Below, piece after piece: positions 54,135-64,000 of a stretch of DNA of 64,000 nt (position 1 is its first letter; each line of letters begins with the position of its first letter). Source of the DNA: an uncultured candidate division Zixibacteria bacterium. Its GTDB lineage: Bacteria > Zixibacteria > MSB-5A5 > GN15 > FEB-12. The stretch spans positions 448,001-512,000 of the forward strand of contig CAWDXE010000001.1 of the NCBI GenBank assembly GCA_963806185.1, in the 5' to 3' direction. The position numbers and the translations under genes are program-made. The notes under the pieces are model-generated. The model saw nothing but the letters and a program-made list of their open reading frames with translations, was not told the DNA's origin and searched no databases.

Positions 54135-55035
54135 CTACCCCTTCAATTCCTCGATCCGCGTCTCCAGCGCGCTCACCGCCTCCGGATTGACCTCGCGATA
54201 CCCCGCCGCTTCATACCAGGTCTTCGCCTGCAGAAGCAACTGAAGTCCGTCAGCCGTCTTCCCCTCCGCGATCATCGTCTCGCCGAGATCCTCCGACGCC
54301 TGCGCAATCGCGCTCGCATTCCCCAGCCGCTCCGCCCACGCCAGCACCGGGCGAAGCCATTTCGCCGCTTCTTCATTCCGGTCTAGATGCCGCAGCGCCA
54401 TCCCCACATGATAGTCGGCGTACAGCTTTGGCAATTTCATCCGAGTGCTGCCAGTGGTACTCGCGCGCCTGTTCAAAACAGACCAGCGCCGTGTCGTACT
54501 GCTTCATATCAAAATATGTCGCGCCCAGATTATTCCAGAGCGGCCCCAGCCACTGCTCCTGCTCGCCGTCCTGCGCCGCCTGAATACCCTTGCGGCTCCA
54601 CTCAATCTGCTCGTCGGTCGACTCCGACACGATCGCCATCATGTTCGCCGCATCGACTGCTCTCCCCCACAATTCGCTCAACTCGCAGAAGGTATACATA
54701 TCGTCAAACGTCTTCCGCGCCGCGGTCAGGTTGTCATCTTTCCATTCGTACCGCCCGCGCACACCCAGAAACCTCGACCACCCCATCTTGTCGTCTTCAT
54801 CCGCCTTGGCTGCGGCTTTCGCGAGGAATGCTCTCCCCTCCTCTTTCCGGCCGGTCGCGAGGTAACAGCGAGCAATCTGCGCCAGCGCCTCGGTTTCCAC
54901 CGAACGGTTGAATTCGTTGTAGGCCGCCTGCGCCACGGCTTCGTAGAGCGGAACGGCTTGTTCGTAATCGCGTTTCTGGAAAACTTCGTCGGCCTTGTCG
55001 AGGAGATCAACAGAACTGGTGTCTTCGTCGGTCAC
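54135..55035 (-). CDS. tetratricopeptide-repeat protein; frameshift near 54435
   Basis: LWNNLGATYFDMKQYDTALVCFEQA; continues in ORF 54135..54476. Confidence 0.8.
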
Positions 55036-55296
55036 GGCATCAGCCTCCTGGTGTACAAGCTATGTATAGACCGCGGCCGCAACTCGGTGATGGTGTATGA
55101 AAGAAGGATAGGATCGAATGGCCGGGACCGTTTCACGGCGACAATATAGTCATAAACCTCGCGCCATGCCAATTCATTGCCGCAGAGGACATTGGAGGTC
55201 GTTTTTGACCGTTGACCCACCCTCACACAACCCCTATATTGGCTGTCTGTTTTTGAGGGCATAACACAAGCAGAAACCCGAACCGACAACTTCTGA

Positions 55297-57257
<1,961 letters not shown>

Positions 57258-57271
57258 TAAAGAGAGGATTC

Positions 57272-58627
57272 ATGGCGAAGAAAGCGACCACCAAGACCAA
57301 GCCGACCAAACAACGCCCGGCTGATGAGCTGATCTCCAAAATAGAAAACAGAAAAGCCCGACCGGGCATCGTCGGTCTCGGCTATGTCGGCCTCCCGTTG
57401 GCCATGGCTCTGGCCGACACCGGTTTCTCGGTGATCGGTTTCGATATCTCCAAGGAGAAAATCCGTCTGCTCAACTCGGGCAAGTCGGATATCGACGACA
57501 TCTCCGACGCCGTGGTTAACAACGCGGTCAAGTCCGGCCTCTTCCAGGCGACGGATAATCCCGAACTGATCGCGCAGTGCGACACCATCTCGATCTGCGT
57601 ACCGACGCCGTTGTCGAAAACCAAAGACCCCGACGTCTCCTACATCCTCGCGGCCATGGACTGGGTGAAAGACAACGTTAAGAAAGGCACGCTGGTCGTT
57701 CTGGAATCGACTACCTACCCCGGCACTACGGAGGAGTTGATTCTGCCTCTGCTCGAAGCCAAGGGCATGAAGGTCGGACGTGATTTCTTTCTGGCCTTTT
57801 CACCTGAACGCGTCGATCCCGGAAATCCCAAGTATCATACCATGAACACGCCGCGTGTCGTGGGTGGCATCACTCCCGACTGCAGCCGCGTCGCGAAGTT
57901 TTTCTACGAGCAGACCATCCCCAACGTCCACGCCGTCTCGTCGACCCAGGCCGCTGAAATGGTGAAACTGCTGGAAAACACCTTCCGCTCGGTGAATATC
58001 GGACTGGTCAACGAGGTCGCTCTGATGTGCGATCGGCTGGGTGTCGACGTGTGGGAGATTATCGACGCCGCGGCCACCAAACCGTTCGGCTTCATGCCCT
58101 TTTTCCCGGGTCCGGGACTCGGTGGACACTGCATTCCGATCGACCCGCACTACCTGTCATGGAAACTGAAATCGCTCAACTACTACGCCCGCTTCATCGA
58201 ACTGGCCGGCGAAATCAATTCCCATATGCCGGAATACGTCGTCGATCGAATCGCCAGCCTCTACAACAAACACTTCGCCAAGGCGATAAAGGGCTCAACC
58301 ATCCTCGTCCTCGGCGTTGCCTATAAGCGCGACATCAAGGACGTGCGCGAGTCCCCGGCCCTCGATGTTATCAAACTGCTCGAGGATAAGGGCGCCAAAG
58401 TCGTTTACAACGACCCACACGTGCCGCAAATTCACTGGCGTGACGGCATCCTCAAGTCCACTGACCTGACCACTACCCTCCTCAAGAAAGTCGACCTGGT
58501 CTGCGTCGTCACCGACCACTCCTCGTACAATTACCAGTGGATTGTCGACAACGCCAAGTTTGTCTTCGATTCGCGAAACGCGACCCGCAAAGTGACCAAG
58601 AACCGTCAGAAAATCGAACTTCTCTAA
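57272..58627 (+). CDS. UDP-N-acetylhexosamine 6-dehydrogenase (WbpA/WecC family)
   Basis: GLGYVGLP, ICVPTP, ESTTYPGTT, GPGLGGHCIPIDP. Confidence 0.93.
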   Translation: MAKKATTKTKPTKQRPADELISKIENRKARPGIVGLGYVGLPLAMALADTGFSVIGFDISKEKIRLLNSGKSDIDDISDAVVNNAVKSGLFQATDNPELIAQCDTISICVPTPLSKTKDPDVSYILAAMDWVKDNVKKGTLVVLESTTYPGTTEELILPLLEAKGMKVGRDFFLAFSPERVDPGNPKYHTMNTPRVVGGITPDCSRVAKFFYEQTIPNVHAVSSTQAAEMVKLLENTFRSVNIGLVNEVALMCDRLGVDVWEIIDAAATKPFGFMPFFPGPGLGGHCIPIDPHYLSWKLKSLNYYARFIELAGEINSHMPEYVVDRIASLYNKHFAKAIKGSTILVLGVAYKRDIKDVRESPALDVIKLLEDKGAKVVYNDPHVPQIHWRDGILKSTDLTTTLLKKVDLVCVVTDHSSYNYQWIVDNAKFVFDSRNATRKVTKNRQKIELL

Positions 58628-58654
58628 GTCACTTATTGTCAAGTTGTTAGCCGC

Positions 58655-58686
58655 AGCCGGCCCCGCTCGGGGCCGGCTATTTTTCT
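58655..58686 (+). terminator. rho-independent terminator
   Basis: agccggcccc-gctc-ggggccggct-attttt. Confidence 0.85.
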
Positions 58687-58747
58687 GTCCGCCAACAGGT
58701 TAAGCTTATTGCTGCGGTGCCGATATCCTGGAGATACCGGAGAGACT

Positions 58748-60688
58748 ATGACTGATAAGGCTGTCACGCCCCACACCCGCACTGACGAGATTCGAACCAT
58801 CTTGAAAGACCTGCTCAAGGTCATCAAGATCGTTTCCATGTATCCGGAAAATAACCCGCTCCCACAGTCACTACGCCGTACCTTCGCCGAACGGTTCTCC
58901 GAGATGCTCGAGACTCACGGTGACCTGACCATCTCCGTATTCAAGGATTACCTGTGCTGGAATGACGAAACCGTCTACAGCGATCGCTCCAAAGAAGAGA
59001 ATCTCTCCGGGCTCTTCTTTGACACCGGCATTACCAGCCTCACCTTCGGCTCCTCGTTCGGCGTCGCAGAGACCGACGCGTTCCTCGACATGATCAAGGC
59101 CCACATGAACGCCAAGGGTCAGAAAGATGATCTGGTACAGACATTGTGGGAAAAAGCAATTCCGAATTTCTCATTCACTACCGTTGAAGACATCCAACTG
59201 GCCGAATACCAGGGCGATTTTCGCGTCGAGGAAATACGCTCACACCGAGCCGGCCGCGGAGAAGGCCAGCTTGGACTCGACTCCGCCGAATCCTACGATG
59301 CCATCTTCTCTGAGGAAGGGACCGACGCCACCGATGGAGACGATGACGATTCCCCCGAGGACAATACCGATCGGCCTCGCTCCAATCCGGCCCGCCGGCG
59401 AATGAGCGGTCAAATGTTCTATGCGGTAAACACTGGACAGGAGCAAGCGTCGACGGTTTTTGGCGACGGCGTGGACGAAGTAGCATTCCACGCTGCTGAA
59501 GCTGCCATGGCCATGGGCTTTGGTGACATTCACAAACCGTCCATTCCCATTCCGGACACGGCCATCATTCTGAACGATGAGCTCAAATTGACGGAAGAAG
59601 ATGAGCAGTGTATCACGGAAATGTGCGTCGAGGATGCCCAAATCGATATGCACGAATCGACGCTTGAACTTCTCAAGGAACTGTTGCTCCAGGAAGGCGA
59701 GCTGCCTGATTTCGATGAAACCGTCACCATCGGTGAGAAACTTCATGCCGATTTTCTTCGTGCCGGGCAGATTGCCTGGGCCGGCGCTCTTTTTGTGCAT
59801 CTCCGCCAACTCGAAGAGGATATCAGGCGTGGTCGTCCCGCCTGGGCCGACCGGCTGAAAGAAGCCCGCACAACGATCGGCAGCCGCGAGCGACTGCACA
59901 TCCTTGCCGAGACGTTGAATAGGAACGCCGAAATACCGGCCGTCACGCTGCGCCATTATCTCGATCTCTTCGGCTGGGAGGCGCTGGGATTCATCGCCGA
60001 TCTTCTCGGCGATCTCGAACACCGGACCCATCGCGAGTGTCTCTGCACTTACCTGACCGACCGAGGCAAGGAAAATCTGCCCCTCGTGGTCAAGGGAATA
60101 TATGACAAGCGCTGGTTTGTTGTCCGCAACACCGTCATTATCCTGGCCCGCATCGGCACTGACGTTGCACTGAATAATCTCAAGCGGGTGGTCAAGCATG
60201 AAGAGCAGCGCGTACGCATGGAGCTGGCCACTTCCCTTCGCGACTGTTCCAATCCCCTGGCTGTCGATATCCTGCGCCTGTTGGTCACCGATGCCGACCC
60301 GGCCATCCGTTCGGCCGTGATCGGCTCTCTCCTTGCCCAGCGTGGCGAAAGAGCCTTTGACACCGTGAAAGGTATTGTGCACGACCCGCGATTCACCACT
60401 CTTGATCGCGATGAACGGCAACTGGTCCTCGACGCCTATGCGGCCATGGGCGGCGACGACGCCATTGCCTACCTCGTTGCCCTGGCCAAACGAATCAACT
60501 TCTGGCGCGACGCCGAATTGGAGTCATTCCGACGCGCTGCTCTTATGGCGCTGGCCCATAACCAGTCGGCCAAGAGCGAAGAAACACTGCTGCGGCTCGC
60601 GCGTAGCTGGCGTCCGGAAATCAAGCTGTCGGCCATAAAAGCACTGAAAAGACGACGGGAGGTGATGCTTGCTGACACCAACGTCTAG
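58748..60688 (+). CDS. HEAT-repeat protein
   Basis: MYPENNP N-motif; DKRWFVVRN, DADPAIR repeats. Confidence 0.8.
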   Translation: MTDKAVTPHTRTDEIRTILKDLLKVIKIVSMYPENNPLPQSLRRTFAERFSEMLETHGDLTISVFKDYLCWNDETVYSDRSKEENLSGLFFDTGITSLTFGSSFGVAETDAFLDMIKAHMNAKGQKDDLVQTLWEKAIPNFSFTTVEDIQLAEYQGDFRVEEIRSHRAGRGEGQLGLDSAESYDAIFSEEGTDATDGDDDDSPEDNTDRPRSNPARRRMSGQMFYAVNTGQEQASTVFGDGVDEVAFHAAEAAMAMGFGDIHKPSIPIPDTAIILNDELKLTEEDEQCITEMCVEDAQIDMHESTLELLKELLLQEGELPDFDETVTIGEKLHADFLRAGQIAWAGALFVHLRQLEEDIRRGRPAWADRLKEARTTIGSRERLHILAETLNRNAEIPAVTLRHYLDLFGWEALGFIADLLGDLEHRTHRECLCTYLTDRGKENLPLVVKGIYDKRWFVVRNTVIILARIGTDVALNNLKRVVKHEEQRVRMELATSLRDCSNPLAVDILRLLVTDADPAIRSAVIGSLLAQRGERAFDTVKGIVHDPRFTTLDRDERQLVLDAYAAMGGDDAIAYLVALAKRINFWRDAELESFRRAALMALAHNQSAKSEETLLRLARSWRPEIKLSAIKALKRRREVMLADTNV

Positions 60689-62126
60689 TCCTCAGGCGCT
60701 GCTCAGCAATCGCGTGCTGGCGGGCAAAACCGAGGAGAAATTCCTCAACGCGTTCTTCGTTGCGTATAAGACTGCGCGCATCATGGAAGAACACAACGCC
60801 GCCTTCAAGAACCAGCTCACATCGCTCTTTGATACCCTGGAGTCACTCTGCCGGGAAGAGGGCGATGTCGCTCTTAAGACCGTCGCCGGGCGGTATTTCA
60901 TCAATGAAAAGATGGTCCGCTTCGACGACCGCGGCCTGTCCGGCGCCGCTTCGGTGATTGCTGAATGGCGCATGCTCGGTGTCGGTGGAGTGCAGTTCCA
61001 CAATGGAATCACCGTCGAGCAACTAGGGCACTTCCTCAAGTTCATGAGCGACCTCCGACCCAGTCAGGAGAAACTCGAATCCCTCGCCCAACGACTCAAA
61101 TCGCACGGCGTCCCCCATATCACGCTCCTGTCGGTGGTGGAAAACGAGCCCCACTTTCAGGCGATCAGTGAAGAATCGCGCAAGCAGTTTCGCGCCGTGG
61201 CTCGCGCTCACTTCTTTTCGGCCATGAACGTCGTCCAGGAGGCGGTCGTCAACGCGATCGCCGATCGGGAAATCAATATCGCCAAGACGAAGCGCGTGGT
61301 GCACACGCTCATTGACCACATCAGTCGCGATGAGTCCTCCCTGATGGAGCTGGCCGCGATTAAAAACTTCGACGACTACACTTATGCTCACTCTACCAAT
61401 GTCTGCGTTTACTCCCTGACGCTCGGCGTTCGCCTCGGACTCGACCGGGGCCGCCTGGCCCATCTCGGATTCTCCGCCCTCTTTCACGACATCGGCAAAG
61501 TCAAGCTGCCCATGGATCTCATTCGCAAACCGGACGCCTACGATGAAAATGACTGGATTCAGATGCAGCGTCATCCCCTGCTGGGGGCCAAGACTATTCT
61601 GCGTACGATGAAGCTCGACGTGTATTCCGCCCGGGCCGCCCGCGCCGCCTTCGAACACCATATCAACCGCGATTTTACCGGCTATCCCACCCTTCGCCAC
61701 CAGCAACGCGTGCCCGATTTATTCTCGCGTATCATCTCCATTGTCGATTCGTTCGACGCGCTCACGTCAGGCCGGGTTTACCTCAAGAAGAGTATGACGC
61801 CAGACGTTGTTTTCAAGAAGATGCGCTACCAGATGGCCATCAAGTTCGATCCCTTCCTGCTGAAGCTCTTCAACGATATCATCGGCGTCTATCCGGCCGG
61901 CTCGCTTGTGCTGTTGACCACGGACGAGATCGCGCTGATCCTGACCAATAACGAAATCGATCGCGCCCGACCGTATGTTCAGATTGTTGGGAATAAGGCG
62001 GGATTGCTCGATGAGTCGATCTGGGTCGATCTCTCCCTTCCGGAAAATGTCGATCGCAAAATCGTGCGTCAAATCGACCCGACCAGGTACGGTCTGGATC
62101 CGAAGAAGTTCATCCTGACGAGTTAA
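60669..62126 (+). CDS. HD-GYP domain phosphodiesterase
   Basis: YTYAHSTNV, LFHDIGK, FEHH, GYP, VDSFDALTSGR. Confidence 0.9.
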   Translation: MLTPTSSPQALLSNRVLAGKTEEKFLNAFFVAYKTARIMEEHNAAFKNQLTSLFDTLESLCREEGDVALKTVAGRYFINEKMVRFDDRGLSGAASVIAEWRMLGVGGVQFHNGITVEQLGHFLKFMSDLRPSQEKLESLAQRLKSHGVPHITLLSVVENEPHFQAISEESRKQFRAVARAHFFSAMNVVQEAVVNAIADREINIAKTKRVVHTLIDHISRDESSLMELAAIKNFDDYTYAHSTNVCVYSLTLGVRLGLDRGRLAHLGFSALFHDIGKVKLPMDLIRKPDAYDENDWIQMQRHPLLGAKTILRTMKLDVYSARAARAAFEHHINRDFTGYPTLRHQQRVPDLFSRIISIVDSFDALTSGRVYLKKSMTPDVVFKKMRYQMAIKFDPFLLKLFNDIIGVYPAGSLVLLTTDEIALILTNNEIDRARPYVQIVGNKAGLLDESIWVDLSLPENVDRKIVRQIDPTRYGLDPKKFILTS

Positions 62127-62755
62127 CGAAACCCGACCGTCAGTCGAATATTGGCGCCCCCGGTCATATCCGGCGCCACCCCTATCGTCACTTTCCGATT
62201 CCGCACGTCCGTCGGCGACCCGGAAAGATGGGCGTCGACATAGGCGTCAAACATCGAAATAAACGTCGTCAGTCCGAAAAACCAGAGATACTTGTTTCGT
62301 TCACTCCGACGATCGAGATACAGCGAATAATAAGTGTTTCGAGCATCGTGGTCGGAAGTTCCGTTGTACTGGTCCAGAAAGTTCCCTGCCTGGCCCCCGT
62401 AGTGAAGCGCGCTGGTCAGAAACCAGGTCTGCAACCCGATAAACACCCCCGCCTTCACATGCTTATGATTGCCGATCTGCCCCCAGCCGGGTACCAGCAT
62501 CGATTTGAACAGCGCCCTCGTGGGAGGCTGGCTCAGATGCATCTCAAGGTCCTCTGAATCCGTGATAAGTTTAGCGGCGGTGGTATCGACCACGGGAACA
62601 AACAGGAGGGTATCGGGCTTACGCACACTGTCGGTGGCGACCGGCGCGACCGTCAGAATCGAATCGGGGCGCGGTAACGAATCAGGCGGCACATCCTGAG
62701 CCGCCCCCACGCTGGCCATCGACGCCAGTAGCCCGGCGCAGAGTAATGGACGCAT
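62123..62755 (-). CDS. DUF5683-like membrane/exported protein
   Basis: ALFKSMLVPGWGQIGN, MFDAYVDAHL. Confidence 0.75.
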   Translation of the reverse strand: MRPLLCAGLLASMASVGAAQDVPPDSLPRPDSILTVAPVATDSVRKPDTLLFVPVVDTTAAKLITDSEDLEMHLSQPPTRALFKSMLVPGWGQIGNHKHVKAGVFIGLQTWFLTSALHYGGQAGNFLDQYNGTSDHDARNTYYSLYLDRRSERNKYLWFFGLTTFISMFDAYVDAHLSGSPTDVRNRKVTIGVAPDMTGGANIRLTVGFR

Positions 62756-62756
62756 A

Positions 62757-63653
62757 TTAACAATACACGCGAAGTTGTTTTCCGCTCAGGCTGATTTCGA
62801 GCACGCTGGCTGGGACGGTGATGATCTCCCCATCAAGATACAGTCGCTTCCCCTGGGTGGGTGAACAGGTGATGACCCTCCCACGATAAAGCCGGAAAGA
62901 AGTGCCGTACAGAAAACTGTCTTTGACCACCTGTTTCAAGTAACCACCGAAGGCTTCAGGGTCGGCGGCCAGATCGAAGATCACCTCCATTTCGCCATCG
63001 TCGGTGATTGACGATCCCGATATCGGAATACCGGCGACATATTTCAGGAGATTAATCTGCAGCATCAGCGGCGCTATATCCAACCGATACGAATCGACCT
63101 TGAGCAAGAACTTTTCGGGCCGGACTTCCATGGCCAGACGAGGCCCGAGCTGGCTCCAACCCAGACCGAAGCGCGGTGGGCGGTGCGTCGCCAGATAGCC
63201 CACCAAGTGCGGCACAAACCCGAAGCCGATCGCGTCGAAAAACATCAGACCGCCCGCACTCCCGGCGTCGAGCAGGCGGTATTCACCCTTTAAAGTGCGT
63301 GCGATGGCCGTGTCGATTGATACGGGGCCGAAAAGTGAAAGGGCGATATTGTTGAATTTGCCGAGCGGCAGTATGCCGATTGGTATTTCCGCCTCAATGG
63401 CGGCACGCCCGACCAAATTGACCGTGCCATCACCACCGGCCGCGATGAGTCCGGTTATCGATCCGCGCCGTGGCCCGACACTCGATCCAGATTCGGAGCT
63501 CAACCGCTTGGCCTGCTCAATCAAGTCATTGGCCGAACCCGGTTCAACAACGGTATAGGCGCCGCCGGAGTCCTTAACCGCCTTGATTAACTTATTGACA
63601 GCCTTGGAGTCATAGCGGGAAGCCGCTTTGTTGACGAGAATCCCCCAGTGCAT
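62757..63653 (-). CDS. diacylglycerol/lipid kinase family protein
   Basis: AAGGDGTVN, GILPLGKFNN, YLDGE. Confidence 0.85.
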   Translation of the reverse strand: MHWGILVNKAASRYDSKAVNKLIKAVKDSGGAYTVVEPGSANDLIEQAKRLSSESGSSVGPRRGSITGLIAAGGDGTVNLVGRAAIEAEIPIGILPLGKFNNIALSLFGPVSIDTAIARTLKGEYRLLDAGSAGGLMFFDAIGFGFVPHLVGYLATHRPPRFGLGWSQLGPRLAMEVRPEKFLLKVDSYRLDIAPLMLQINLLKYVAGIPISGSSITDDGEMEVIFDLAADPEAFGGYLKQVVKDSFLYGTSFRLYRGRVITCSPTQGKRLYLDGEIITVPASVLEISLSGKQLRVYC

Positions 63654-63808
63654 TTCCTTCTGTCGTGCATGCCGTTGGCGTATCATAGCCCTAAAGTATA
63701 GCAAACACTCGCCCAAGAACAAAGAATTTACCCATTCTCCTCGCCGATTCCGGCCGGATTACAGGCTTTTGCTTCCGATACTCAACATATATATTGGGCT
63801 TGGCTTTT

Positions 63809-64000
63809 ATGACCGAAACAACTCTCGATCAGACAAACACCGATCCGATCCGTCAGACCCGGGGAGTTCTCTGGCTGCTACCCTTTGCGGCACTAGTGCT
63901 CATTTTCATTCCTACCCTGGCCGGGCTGGTCTCCCAGTGGTTTACCGATGACAACTACTCGCACGGCTTTCTGATCCCGTTCATTTCCGGATGGTTGATT
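63809..64000 (+). CDS. exosortase family protein, 5' part (runs off the right edge)
   Basis: Manual translation ...LVSQWFTDDNYSHGFLIPFISGWLI. Confidence 0.8.
   Translation, partial: MTETTLDQTNTDPIRQTRGVLWLLPFAALVLIFIPTLAGLVSQWFTDDNYSHGFLIPFISGWLI

Overview
Gram-negative bacterial window; the Cys-rich C-terminal dockerin-like tails suggest candidate phylum Zixibacteria (inference). Four zones. (1) 1-14 kb: stress-response-like accessory genes (M48 protease, BON/OsmY, ElaB/DUF883, lmo0937-like, two NarL/LuxR regulators, a degenerate ECF sigma, spoVG, RNB nuclease, MarC, M3 peptidase); four of the genes share an upstream palindromic motif. (2) 15.6-40.6 kb: a ~25 kb block bounded by an exact 15-bp direct repeat resembling the 3' end of tRNA-Asn. 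It holds a poly-gamma-glutamate (PGA) system: sigma-54 two-component pair, surface lipoprotein, porin, DctM-like permease, unannotated 48-aa membrane peptide, M14-like deacylase, DUF6305, GGT/CapD, pgsB-pgsC-pgsW, a signal-peptide-bearing glutamate racemase and two large dockerin-tailed proteins with a putative zinc-hydrolase head. (3) 40.6-44.8 kb: small cassettes (orphan toxin tip with immunity-like gene, secreted hypotheticals) separated by a 165-bp repeat abutting tRNA-Asn(GTT). (4) 45-64 kb: core genes (PDZ protein, hprK, two PPIases, S4 protein, AAA+/VWA pair, truncated RAYT with REPs, gmd/rmd/UDP-sugar dehydrogenase, HEAT + HD-GYP, DAGK-like, exosortase). About a dozen single-base frameshifts, including in conserved genes, look like assembly indel errors rather than true pseudogenes. 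All family calls are from motif recognition, not database searches.
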